The notes below the pieces were generated by a model that was not told the DNA's origin, searched no databases, and saw only the letters and a program-made list of their open reading frames with translations. Of a stretch of 64,000 nt of DNA, positions 40,347 through 54,200 are shown in pieces. Source of the stretch: Azolla caroliniana (Eukaryota > Plantae > Polypodiophyta); assembly GCA_043228905.1 (NCBI GenBank), contig JBHGNT010000010.1, positions 17,918,001 through 17,982,000 of the forward strand, given 5' to 3'. The translations under genes were made by a program, and so were the position numbers. Position 1 is the first letter of the stretch. Each line of letters opens with the position of its first letter.

Positions 40347-42299
40347 ATAAGACATCCTTGTCTTGAATGAAATGACGATTGGCAAAGAAAATGCTACCAT
40401 TGCATTAGTGAGAAAAAGGTAGATATTCTCATGTCCTAAATTCAAATAGTTCAGATGAACAGTTTAAGCATTATCATTTGCATGGAATACCAAATATGCA
40501 TGTAAACATGAATTCACATGAATTGTTGCATGTTGCACTAAGAGATTTTAATTGATAGTGTCATATGACCATCCCTAAACAATAAATCTATCAAAACGTA
40601 TTATCTCATTATTCTTAACTTTCTAACCTCCACACAAGACTTTGTAATGATTTTACTTCTAGAACTAAACTGTTTCAAATTTGGAGTGAAAAGGTTAGGT
40701 TATAACCTTTGTCGCAAGCTTATATCAATCTCAAACTCATGTATGCATTGCTTTTGAGGTTGTCTTAACATTAAAAAATTTCTCATGAAAGTTGGGCTTA
40801 ATTTTCTCCTAAAAGTTCCCATGGTAATATTGTAGTTAAGAGTTAAATCTTTCTTATTGAAGGGTGTCGATTCGATTGTCATCCAATGGGTTTCATGATG
40901 TAAAAAATAATAAAAAATACTTGCGCCCTAGATCTTGAATTGTGACATTGTTGTGTGTTTATTGTACATGTGAATCTGTGATGTGGCACATATAAATTCA
41001 TGTTGCATATGTAGAGGTTTCTCTTTCTCTTTCTCCATTGGCTTTACTTGCATCTCTTTTTATTAGCATTTAATTAGAATACCCAATGCAATTGCTTTTA
41101 CTTTGAAATGTGTAATTACATCAACAATCAAAATTGCAATCATTCACATGTGTTTAGTGATTGGGGAGCACCTCAAAGTCAAAATCAAGATTACAACCTT
41201 GCAAATAAGATGATGATTTGACATCATAAAGTTGATGGATAGTTTAGGGCCCAAAAATCTCAATGCGTCAACATTTAAAACAATGTGTTAATGCTCGATT
41301 GTTGATGCTTAGAGGCATCATTATCGACAAAGAAATCTCTCATAACTGAAAATATACTATTTTTTATCATTTGACCTACTTTCATTGTACATAATCATGT
41401 TCAATTTGAAAATCCTGGCACATAATGTCTCGTGGTATAGCCTTAACAAAAAAATGCCCAATTAGTGTTAGAAATAAGCGGTGTTGTATCTATATATAAC
41501 TACACACACACATACATTTATCGATTAGACTTTAAATATGGGTGTCGACATACTGCGTAATAAGAGTGTTTTATTTTTAATCCTTATATGTGTGATGCTT
41601 CTGGGTATGAAATTGCTTTCACTTTTTGAAAGATGTTCATGTGTTTTCTAGTTTGACTTTTATGTTTCAGAATATTTGATTTGTAAAATCTTGAGGAAAA
41701 CATGCTCAAACGAATGCCTTGGAATTTGAAAACATCTTGATCCACCGTTATGTTGTTGTATTGATCAATAACAATCTATTATGGAGAGTTGATGCTTAAA
41801 AAATGTTTCAGCGATTTTGTATCCCCGTTTCAATCAAGTTCAATACCAAAAAAATTTAGTTTTTGAATCCTATTATTCCAAAAAATCCTCTTCACTTCAA
41901 AAAACAGATATATGGATAAATCTCGTTTGAGTTGGTAACTTGCAAATACTGTTCTAAACAATTATGATAAGATTCATATTACAAAAATATATAATCTCAC
42001 AAGGCATAATTGCCTTACGGTAGGTATACATACTAGTGTTCATGAGAATCTATAGAAAAAAAACCTTTTATATGAGTATGGCATTCCATTGACATTGAAA
42101 GCATGACATCAAACATGATAATTCAATATTAGGAGAGATGAGAACCATTTATTCTTGTTAGACAGTTATTATGGAGTTAATGTGAATGTGGTAGTACTAA
42201 GTTGTTTAATAACTCGTGCCTTCATGGGCTCATTGTTGTAAGGAATCAGGAAGGAAATTGCAAATAACTTAGATTGGCGATTTTGTATACTTTTTCTGC

Positions 42300-43150
42300 A
42301 TATTAAGCATCTTAACGTTTGAGAAAGCATTTCTCTTTATTTCTCTTTAACTCGTAGGTCTTCTTATGATTAATTATCCACGTGTATTTTTGGCATGTTG
42401 TCGTGACGATGCACCTTTGTTGAAGTTTAATCCCAATCAATAAAACCCCAAGTAGACAACACCATAAGAAGAGTCTTTCCTTTGATGGTAAGCTCATTTG
42501 CCAAATTTCGGCATATGAGCTTTTTCCACGAAGTTTGTCACTTAATTATACTCCATTGGCAATAAAAAATGTTGCTTTCATCCATGGAGCATGAAGGAGC
42601 AGCCTATATACTTTGTTGGATGTTATTTGATCTATATAAGTAAAGATCATCAATTTTATGTCAAGTATCTCTTTGAGCGCAACATGGATTGTACCAATTA
42701 ACACCTCTATAAACAGCATCAAATGGACACAATTTTTCATTAGATCCTTGACTTCGTAAACAACCTTTTTAGAAATGAAACAAGATCATTTGGGTTTGAG
42801 TGAGATTCACTAATGTGGAATGAAAAAGATGACTCTAGAGGTTACTCCCACTACCAAACTATTTGATGTAGATCCCATTGATATTCCAATGCATATGTTG
42901 AGTGACTTGCTTCCAATTTCAATTTAACTTTGATTAGAATGAACTTCATAGTTATCAACAATATCCAAGCAATAGTGGTCTAGGATCCCAAAAAAAATTG
43001 ATATCATACATTTGCACATATCTACCAACACTTTCATGCATTGTTTGATTTGCTTTTTCAATTTAATGAGCATTGTTTCTTCCCTTGCTAACATGTGAGT
43101 ATTTTCAAACCTCCTAATAACTTTCTTGGGCAGAGTTTTATCACAAGACA
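42300..43150 (-). mobile_element. Degraded LINE fragment (zf-RVT region)
   Basis: IWQMSLPSKERLFLWCCLLGVLLIGIKLQQRCIVTTTC matches the IW...P.K...FLW......L.TG..L..R.....C pattern. Flanks are decayed and boundaries approximate. Confidence 0.6.
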
Positions 43151-43269
43151 TATTTTGCCTACCAAAACTAGGCAGGAATCTCTAATATTAAGCATTGAGG
43201 TTGTTTTGTGATACAATTGATTGAAGCATACAAAACAACACATGTGCTACGAGAATTGGTTATACTGTT

Positions 43270-46200
43270 GGGGGATATGGTGGTCTTCATCGTGCTATAA
43301 TCAGAAAAACGATGCATGTGTATTTTATTTCAACTTGCCGCCGCCGCCCGCCAGCGCCCAGCCTATAGTAACCGCCGATGATTGCTTAAATCATCTAGAG
43401 GGATTTCTAGGGGCTTCCGCTTATACCAAAGTAAATGCGGAAAAGCAGTTTGTCCCCTTCGACTTACCTGCTACAGCCAATCCAATTGCTGCGGCCAGCC
43501 TCTCAACCTCCTCCATAAACCCGGTCGTCTTCAATGCAACGGCGAACCAGGAGCAATTGCCGCGCTGCCTAACCGGGGCTCCCGTGTAGCTAACCACCCG
43601 GATATTACACCTATTTCGGACAATGTAGTAGAGCTTCTGTTGTCAAAACAAGATAGAGCACAGATTGTAAGAGAGATTCAACGTCTAGAGAAGAGGATTA
43701 TCATTGCGCAAGGTTTTGGCATTCGTCCTCGGCGTGCTGATCTTCGTTTGTTATTACAAGCTTCTTTAAAACAAGATATTGACAACATCATGGATATTCA
43801 AATACTTGGTTGGAACTATTATCAAGTGGAGTTCGAGCTTGAACGGATGGTACCCATCTTGCTAGGGAAGAAAACAGTGGCAATCAAGGGAGGATGGGTA
43901 TTCTTCCACAAGTGGACTCACAACTTCTCCGCAAATCAGGTACTTCATGATTTAGATTCATATCATACATGTGTGGCAGTGTTTCCCAATTTACGTAAAG
44001 AGTGGGTACCATTTGTGCATCTAATTGCTAGTACTATTGGCACAGTCTTGGAAACTTATGATAAATCTCGTCAGAACGATGATAAATATATGGGAGCTAC
44101 ATCAACAAAACTTTTGATTTCTAAGTCCACAATTTTGCCCTCTAATATCTTATTGCCTAATCTGCTTGACTCCACACAAGAATCTTATTCTTAGAGAATT
44201 TTGTATAGGAGTTTGCCAAATCAGTGTTTTCGGTGTTTTGGATTTGGTCATTTGGCAAAAAAATTGCCCTAAATTTAATAAAGAGACAGACAAGCATGTA
44301 CCCAATACAACTATAGTCCCATCTCAGGCTAGATCTGAGGGTTCGACTGAGGTCGGCCATAGGAAAGTATCCTCACAATTATCTTATGACAAGCGTCATC
44401 AAGTGTCAATCAATAATTTAAAGGAATTTTCCCCCTTACAGAATAGATATTCTACTCTCCAAGTAGAAAAGGATCGGTCACATGAAGTGAATATTTCAGA
44501 TAAACCATCAACCCATTTTTCCCAAAAGATAGACTTACTTTCTACTAAGTTGCCTGAGACTTTCCCAAGGTTAATAGTAGGCCAACCACCCTTGAAAATT
44601 GTTGAGAACCAGCAGTTGACACCAAATGTTAATTTGGATTCATCTGAAAAATTAAAAGGAAAAGTTGTCTCTGCCCAAGATATTACAGATGTGGAAATGC
44701 CTCCAAGTGTTATGGGAATCGAAGCAAACCAACAAATCGATATCGGTGTCTCTAGTAGTTCGGTTCCCTTTGATAAGCTTGTAGGAAAATCTATTTCTAG
44801 TTAGTCAAATATGATGGGGGTTAAAAGGGCTCAAGGAGTAGATAAATTCCCTTGTGTTGGATATCAATTTACAGTTTCACAGGATACCCTGACACTTCAG
44901 ACCCCTCAAAAGCAAGTTAAGGATCATAGGGTACATAAGCATGCAGGGAACTATCTGCTTTTAAAACGACAAGCATGAGCTCAAGAGGGCACCCAGAAAG
45001 GCCGCCAGGATGCTCTCCTTGAGAAAAGGATACCAATAAAATCTGTGTAAGATGGACACCTTACATCTTCTTTCCTGGAATGTGCAAGGCTTGGGTGGTC
45101 AGGCTTTTCGTAGATTTAAAGGACTCTTACGCATAGATTTAGGTACTGCTAATGTAGGAAATATTGATATTCTTTTTTTACAAGAGCATCACTTATGTAT
45201 GGATAGAATTTGAAAGTATGGATCTATTTTACCAGGACAGTGGACTCACTTCTGGATTCCCGCTTTTGGCCCCACTGGCCGTCAGGCTAGACTATGCATT
45301 GCAATTAAACAACATTTGTAGTCTATCATTGTGTCAACTGCTACTATTATGAATAAAAGGGCACAATTCCTGATTGTTAAAATAAGATCCCAAAAGGTTG
45401 GCCTTATGAATCTCTATGCCCCTAATTCTGCGGCCGAAAGGGCAAAGTTATGGCTATCTCTTTCTGATTATGTGAGTTTAGCGGATTGTTGGTTGGTAGG
45501 AGGCGACTTTAATATGATTGAGGATGTTGCTGACAGGCTGGGAGGTATAACTACTACAATTTCAGGATGGGAAGCTAAGTGTTGGGATTACTTTTGTTTT
45601 ACTTATGGGGTTGCTGGATTTATGGAAGGTGCATTCATTTTCACGTATACAAGGATCCCTTTAGTTTTCTAGATCAGATGGAAGCTTGGTTGCTACAAAT
45701 TTGTCTCGACTAGATAGATTTTATACTAGTAGCATTGTTTGGGAAGCAGGTGGATCCATAGGAATTATTCCAAGATCAGCTATCTCTGACCACGATCCTC
45801 TGAAGTTACAAGTTACATTTATTAAGAGGCGATACTCGAGACAATTGTGTATCCCTCCTGCAATGTTATCTGATGATAAGCATCGGATGTCAATCATACA
45901 AATATGGTCAAAATACAATTTCTCATATGATTGTTTGCTTAGCAATATGACTCATGCCATACTCGATACAAAGATTCTATTCACAGAAATAGTTTCAACA
46001 TCTATTTATCACTGCAATTCACATATTGCTAACTTGCGTCGTGCTTTGGCATCATTACAACAACTTTTGGAAAGGTATCCAACTTCATCTATATTATGTT
46101 GTGATTTGCAGCAAGTAAAAAGCAGTCTAAAGTAAAAACAAGAACCACGCTCAAGTTTCTTTTACCATCGTAATGTTGCTCGTTGGTCGCAAAGGCAAGA

Positions 46201-49200
46201 TCGGGTCAATAAGGAATTCTTTAATCAATTTAAACGAAAAGCTAGACCTCTTTCTATTACTTCTTTGAAGTGGCTTGATGGATCCTATACATCAGATGGC
46301 TCTGAGATGCAAAGTATAGTCTCGGATTATTATCAGAACTTATTGTCTGCTGAATCTTTTACGACAAATAATTTTTATAAGCAACAAGTTGTTCTTGCAA
46401 CTATTGAACAGAAGGTTACAGATGTAATGGCCTCTCAGTTATTACAACCGTTTACATCTCAAGAGGTATTTGTTGCGGCTAAATCCTTAAGTAAGGATGT
46501 TTGTCCCGGAAAAGATGGAATAGGAATTGGCTTTTATTTGCATTATTGGGATTTTATTGGTTCTCTCATTACTAGAGCAGTTAATTTAATATTCTCAACG
46601 GGTAATATGCCTGAGGAATGGATAGAAGGAATCATATATATGATTCCTAAATCGGATGCTCGATGTGATGAAGTCTCCAAGTGGCGGCCAATAACATTGC
46701 TTAATGTTGTGTATAAGATAGTGGCAAAAACTATTGCAGTTAGACTACGACCTGTATTGCCGTCTATTATTCATGATACACAATGTGGATTCCTACAAAA
46801 TAGAAGTATTTTTGATAATATCTTTTTGTTTTGGGAAATGGTTGCATTAGCGTAGCAACATAAACAACAACTTGCAACATTATTGCTTGACTTTGAAAAG
46901 GCATATGATAAAGTGGATTGGGACTTTCTTGAGGCAGTGCTATCAAGATTAGGTTTTCCAGCCGCATGGATAAAAGGTGTTTCATCCCTTTACAGGCATG
47001 CTTCTAGTTCTGTTTTGTTTACTGGAGAATACGGGACACTATTTCCTATATCCAGGTCTGTTAGGGAAGGATGCCCTCTTGCCCTGTTTCTTTTTATCTT
47101 GTTTGGGGAAACTTTGTCCACCTACCTAAGATCATCAACTACTGGTATCAAAGGATTAGTATTACCTATTACACAATCCACTATACTGGATGTTGAATTT
47201 GTAGATGATACAACCCTCTATGTTGATGGGGAGATCAATAATCTTGGTCAGGTACAAAATGCTTTGCAAGTTTTCTCAGATGCTACAGGTGCATCACTTA
47301 ACTGGAATAAGTCAGTTGGCCTTTGGGTTGGTGCAGAAAATCATTCTGAGTGGTATCCAGGTCATGCTTTTCGATGGCTTCATCGTGGTGAGCCAATTCA
47401 ATATTTAGGATGTATGGCTGCAATAGATTTAAGGCTAGAAGTAATGCTATCTCCATTGCTATTATCAATAAAACGTAAATTATTGTATTGGGATGCCCAA
47501 CAATTGTCTTTTGCGGGTCGCGTTGTAGTAGCAAATACAGTACTATTGGCATCAATGTGGTTTATAGCATATGTGTGGCTATTTTCTAGATCAGCAATGA
47601 CAAAAGTGCAAAGCTTGATCCGGAATTTCCTTTGGGGGGGAAAACATGACTTTCCTACAGTAGCCAAAGTTGCGTGGAATGTGTTGATTCAACCTAAAAT
47701 TAATGGAGGGTTGGGTTTGATAGATCCTTTGATGCAGTCAAGAGCTCTCTTGACTAAGTTTGTTATCAGAGGTTTGTTGCCAAGATCAGAAGCTTGGAAA
47801 GGAATGTTTTTAAATCAGTTAATGCAATTAACTCCTAAGACAGGAGGAGTATGGTCACCCTCTTTAAAGTGGTTGTTCTTGAATGACATGAAAACACCAA
47901 GGAAAAATCTTGCATCCAATAGATTTTTGCCAGGAATCATAAGAGCGTGGGATGCAATTAAATCATTTTTGCTAAAGGACAAACCTTCTACCTGGGATGC
48001 ATTACTTAATCAACCTATGCTTGCCAATTCTCTATTCGGGATAATGCAGGAAAAGTATTGGGCATGCGTCCTCACCTTGCTTGGGGTAAATTGGATAATG
48101 GGCCAGCTGCATCTGTAAGAACGTGGACTCAGTTTCAACAAATGTCACAAGAAGATTGACTTGTACATCTACAATCAGTTCATGGTGCCAAGATAATGAC
48201 GGCTACCTTATCAGTAACATATTCTTCATTTTTAACAACCTTCCAACCGAGGCAAGAACATCAATGGTTTGGATGCTTCACAAATGATATATTGATGGTT
48301 GTTAAGGGTGTTTCACCTAATGGGCGCGTGTCTTCTTTTCAAGTCCTAGACAACAATAGATTGCAATCTTATACCTTTGATTGCAATTATCTACAGGACT
48401 TACGAAGTGCACCAGTTAGAGTGGTTGCTAAAACCGGAAAGAAATGGATCCTTGATCCTTATCCATCAATTGCTCATGTGTGATATCATGTGGTTATATT
48501 CAAAAGATCCTATTGCAAGATTAACATGGGATCCAAGGGGTTGGCTTTGGTCACACTCCTTGGGGGAAAAGATCGTAAAGGTCCCCTTTTTTCAGAACTC
48601 AGTAAAACTTGGAAGATCATTACTGCTCTCTCAAAATGTAAAGATACCAACAACTCAGAAACATTGGACCAATTGGGGTGTTTCCACTTTGCATTTGAGA
48701 ACCTATTGGAAATGGATATGGTCATTCAAGGGGCCAACTAAATTTATTCTCTTTTGATGGTCATTAGTGCATATGGCTCTACCAGTTGGTCATGCATTGA
48801 AAGGGAATGTGACACCCAATTTGTGGCAATGTGCCATTTGCCATGAACCTCAAGAGACTACCAAGCATGTCTTATGGTCTTGTTCTTTTGCTCAACAAGT
48901 ATGGAAGAAAGTCGTGTCTTTATTCCTAACAATAAATGCAAGTTGCTTATTCTCATGGGGATCAACGATGTGGGGAGTATTACACTCCGGTTTAATGTTG
49001 TATGAGGCAAACGATGTTCATGACGCAATGACAATACATAATAGAAGATTGATATTAGTTAGTCCCTTCCAGCAACCTCGAAAGCAGGTGCGATCTATCC
49101 AAATTTGGAAAACTGTGTCCACAATAACATTATGGGTATTATGGAAATATCAATGTAACCGACTTTATGATGGGGTAGACATTCATCTCTCAGATGTGTT

Positions 49201-49521
49201 GTTTGAGTTATGGGAGAACTTGTTGGCTGTAGTCTGTGGTTAGTATGACAATATGCAAGGTTCCCCAGATACTGTGAACAAGAAAAGGAAAAAGCTTCTT
49301 CACTTATGGAAAAAGGTGCCCCTGTTTACAATGGTAGCTCAAGAGCCTCAATGGCAATATCGACTTCCATGGACTCTTTGAATATCAACAAATGTAAACA
49401 TCCTCGTATTTTATATCGACTTCCATGTTCTTGGTAGCTAGGTTCAAGTTGTAGCCTTCGGGTGTTTTGTCCTTAATACTATTGAAGAAAATCTTTTATA
49501 AATAAAATAAAAAAATAAAAA
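43270..49521 (+). mobile_element. Full-length but mutated L1-clade LINE retrotransposon
   Basis: TSD TGGTTATACTGTT (43257-43269) / TGGTTATACTATT (49522-49534) and an A-rich tail at about 49497-49521. ORF1 at about 43382-45050 with a frameshifted zinc knuckle (CFRCFGFGHLAK..C). ORF2 from 45052: endonuclease SWNVQGL, NLYAPN, GGDFN, SRLDRFY, SDH; RT WRPITLLN, LDFEKAYDKVDW, VREGCPL, FVDD, YLG; C-terminal CAIC...ETTKHVLWSC. Several stops and frameshifts. Confidence 0.95.
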
Positions 49522-50899
49522 TGGTTATACTATTCTTTATTTGCATGAAATGACCATTTGCAATTTTCCAAATACTTAACTTTCATTCTACTTTATGCAA
49601 TAGTAATTTCACTTTTTTGCTCATCTCTCATGTTCCATTAGAGTGGACATGCCAATGCCTAACCATTTATGTAGACTATTGACTTCGCTTGCCCATAATA
49701 ATTGGCGTTTACACAACATAATGAAAGTATCATTAGCATAGGCTCATATAGAGAAAGCTCTGCATGTCTAAAAAGGTTACCTCGAAGAAGAGGACATGTG
49801 ACATTATAAGAGGGGACTTGAATAATGTCCAAGAATAAGTCAAAAACACACTTGAAGAATACATTACATTGAGCTTTCTTTGTATAGACAATATACAACC
49901 TTCAACATTGATAAAATCTCAATTTGCACCATAACTATATCTTGATCTTGGTATTTTGCATGCCCCATTCCTCTATAAGCTTTTGCAACATATTCTGTAG
50001 TTGACAAAACATTTGATGCATAAGCACAATTATGAAAGTGTTACCTTTCTTTAAAGACACCTTATAACTAATACGACATTAGACACATGACCATAATAGG
50101 AAAACATTGACTTTATTTAAAGGTGCAAATGTTGGCTAGGAAAGCTACTTTGCTACCTATGTTAGTCCAACAAAGTTTCTTGTAGAAGATGTTATTTAAT
50201 ATGTCAACATGTCCTTCATCTCTTCATTTTTGTGTTGGGAAAACCACTTATTTGGACTATGTGTTTCGCAAGTGTATAGTCATTTCAAAGAATGTCGCCT
50301 TAGCACCAAATTAATCAAATGTTGGAACTTGGAAGATAGTCCTATACAATCTCTATCATAATAGTGGAGGAAGAAGTGTTGATAACTCCATGGGATTCTA
50401 GAATCTTGTTTGGAATTATCTTTTCCGTAACCCTTTGGCTCACATGGTGCCATATAGGCCCTAGGGGCATTCTTGTTAGTCATTTGAGCTATGAACTCAA
50501 TTTTTTATTTGAACAACGATGTAGACCATGAGTTAAGTTTTTTAGATGCAAAAGTACAATACAATCTTCATTCTTATTGCACATACATATCAACATATTG
50601 TTTTGAACTTTAACCATTTACTATGTGTCATCAATGTTAGAAGCATCAAATAGACTTTAATATTGGCAATTGGAGGTAACATATATGTATAGCTTCATTA
50701 TTTGTTCATAATATCTAGAGATTACTTCCTCCACCTATGTGGGTACAAACTCTAGAAATGCTTCATGGCAAATCATCAACGTAGAGACATGTTGGACAAA
50801 AGTACTTATTGAAATTCAGAATTCTCATTCTTTTTCTATGAGGTGGTGCAAGGATATTAATGCATGTTATAAAATGATTTTAAAGCTGTAAAAAAAGCG

Positions 50900-51180
50900 A
50901 TTAGAAAAAACCCTTTTGTTTATTTGGTTGCTTTCCCATCAACTTTGGATATAATCTTTTGCCAATGGATCACATTATCGGCGGCACTTTGGACCATTAG
51001 GATAACTAGAAATTGTGTGGTGTTCAATCAACTATCTATCGTTGATTTTTATTTCATCAATTCCTCTTCGAAACGATTTCTCTTTCTGATTGTCTATAAT
51101 TTGCCGAAATCCTTCCACAAATATTTTGGTTTTATTTTGAGTGCTGTCTACATATGTTACTCCCAATCGGAAGTTTCCCA
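50900..51180 (+). mobile_element. Degraded LINE ORF2 C-terminal fragment
   Basis: WITLSAALWTIRITRNCVVFNQ resembles the LINE W.IW..RN..VF motif. Confidence 0.5.
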
Positions 51181-51287
51181 CTAATAATACATGCATTATA
51201 ATTTACAAAAACAATACATTTCCTTCAAGAATTTATGGCTAATAGAATTGTGAGGTTTTCATACTAATTTTACACACATTTCTACTA

Positions 51288-54200
51288 TTAGGATATCCTT
51301 TTAACCACCAGGAGAGAGATCAACAGTAATGCACAACTAGATATGGCCAAGAAAGTATAGAAAACAGCATTCTCTAATTGCTTCCTCTTCTTGATCTTTG
51401 TGAAGGGAACTTCCAGCCATAGCAACTGATAGGCGGTCCTGCCAAATGTATACACATTTCCTCTCTCTTCTCTTCCTCTCTTGCTTTTTATCCAACATAG
51501 AAGGCATATATGGCTAAACACATGGACAACATATTTTCAGCTTTTCTATAGTTTCCAAACTTTTATCCAACATAGAAGGCATATATGGCTAAACACATGG
51601 ACAACATTTCAGTTTTTATATGGTTTCCAAACTTTTATCCAACATAGAAGGCATATATGGCTAAACACATGGACAACATATTTTCAGCTTTTATATGGTT
51701 TCCAAACTTTTATCCAACAGAGTAAGGCATATATGGCTAAACACATGGACAACATATTTTCAGTTTTTATATGGTTTCCAAACTTTTATCCAACAGAGTA
51801 AGGCATATATGGCTAAACACATGGACAACATATTTTCAGTTTTTCTATGGTTTCCAAACTTTTATCCAACAGAGTAAGGCATATATGGCTAAACACATGG
51901 ACAACATATTTTCAGCTTTTATACGGTTTCCAAACTTTTATCCAACAGAGTAAGGCATATATGGCTAAACACATGGACAACATATTTTCAGCTTTTCTAT
52001 GGTTTCCAAGCTTTTATCCAACAGAGTAAGGCATATATGGCTAGACACATGGACAACATATTTTCAGCTTTTATACGGTTTCCAAACTTTTATCCAACAG
52101 AGTAAGGCATATATGGATAAACACATGGACAACATATTTTCAGCTTTTATATGGTTTCCAAACTTTTATCCAACAGAGCTAAACACATGGACAACATATT
52201 CTCAGCTTTTATATGGTTTCCAAACTTTTATCCAACATAGAAGGCATATATGGCTAAACACATGGACAACATATTTTCAGCTTTTATTTGGTTTCCAGAC
52301 TTACCCCTCCCCCTCTTATTTTTTAGAATTCCTATAAGAATGACCCCCATTTTAATCCTTCAAAAACAAGACCCTAATTAATAAGAATTGAGGCACTCCA
52401 TCCAGCCCCCTCACTGATTCATTCAAGTGTCAAACTACTTCATCGTGTCATTTAATGCTTTCTGCCAGCATCCAATCGCTTCATATTCCCGCCAAATTAA
52501 TGAATTAAGAATGCCAAATTAATCCATCACTTGGAGCTCATCACCTAAACTGGAGTCGACAAAGACAGCACTCATTAGAAATATTACCCCGAGTTCATGT
52601 TCAGGTACCCGAGAAAAGGGACTTGTTCAGAGATACTAAAATGGAGCGCATGTGTAGGAGTTTCAAAATTTATGACTGGTATGTTGGAATTCATATTGTA
52701 AACGTAGGGGCACCTTTTTACTAAATCATTTTTGAAACAAAATCAATTAGGATGAGAAGCTTACAAGCCAACAAATCTCGGAAACCAGGCTTGCAAAGTT
52801 TTGTAGAATATCTTCTGCAACATTCCGAGGCGACCACGATTGAATAGCATGAGGTTTGTATTCATTTCAACAATTGCATGGGCATCCGCGATCCTTGTTT
52901 TGGTGAATTCTGATGTTGCCCTCAAAATTGGAGCCATTGATCTGTCACCTTTTTCATTACGTCATAAAAATAAGGAAAAATAAAATCAGATGAGAGTCGA
53001 GACGAATACAATTTACGATAAGAAAAAAGGGGGTCTATTGATGAAAACCACTAGTTATTTACCAGAAGTTTCTATATCTTTTAAGATATTGTTAAACAAT
53101 TTGCAATCCTCCAAAGCTGCATTGCACCCTGTGCCATATGATGGGAACTGCAACGCAAACAATATAAGCAAGCTTTTTGAAAAATAAACGGTGCAAGGAA
53201 AAAATTGTTCTATTTGTGAAACAAATAATAAGATACAACGAAAACAGAGTGGAGAAAGACTTCTTTCATAATACTTTCAAAACAAAATCCTTGTGAAAAT
53301 TATCCCTTTCCTTAGCTTTTTCCAATATATCCTTTCACAAAGTTTACTTCTTAACATTTCTAGAATCAATAACGAAAAACATCGTAGTAAATTACTGGCA
53401 ATTTGGTTAAATTAACTAGCCACGACAAGACGTAGTAATGATTTGATTTTTGCTTAATTAAAATGCTATATTCATCATGTTTCATAGATCTTCATAAAAA
53501 AGAAATGATGATTTGGGTATATTGTTTTGAAGTTTTTGTATGTGTTAATATTCCTAAAACTTTATAATGGTATATCAGTCAATTTTTCCCAAAAATCTGT
53601 AAAGATGAGAATCATGACTTTTGATGGAATATTGCCAAAAAGTTAGTGCAATACTAGTAATTTTTCCCATATAAAACACTACATAAAAAACCAAAAACAT
53701 GAGAAAATAAAAACGCAACAAAACATTGCCACACCATAGCATGTGCTGAATCTCCAATCAATACAATATTGTTGTCGTGAAAACGAGATAGTATTACTGA
53801 TCCACCAGAAGGAATTGATGGTTGCTTAACGAAGTCTTCAAAGAAATTTGGATTCTCCTTCACCACCAATTCATACACTTCTGGAGCATTCTCCCTGTTC
53901 CAAATAAAACCCAAATTCACACCACATACTTACATAAATATATTTTTAAAAAATCATGACTAAGACAATTCAAAAACTTTACTTGAAGAGGCTTTCTACT
54001 TCTGATGATGATGTTGATTGAACAACCCTCTGATTCTGACTCCCACCCCAAAAGCTTCCATCAGCAACGTTTACAAGTAACATATTGAGTTGCATCCAAG
54101 ACTGTGATGATGATCACAAATTCAAACAATATATATACACTCGGAATCATCTTCAAACAATATACCAATTCATAGAAAACTAGCCCAAAACCAAGCAACA

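Noticed and set aside
51481-52337. CRISPR-like regular array and the repeated ORFs inside it
   Set aside because: Units are head to tail with no unique spacers, there are no cas genes, and the array lies in a eukaryotic intron. The ORFs are by-products of the repeat.
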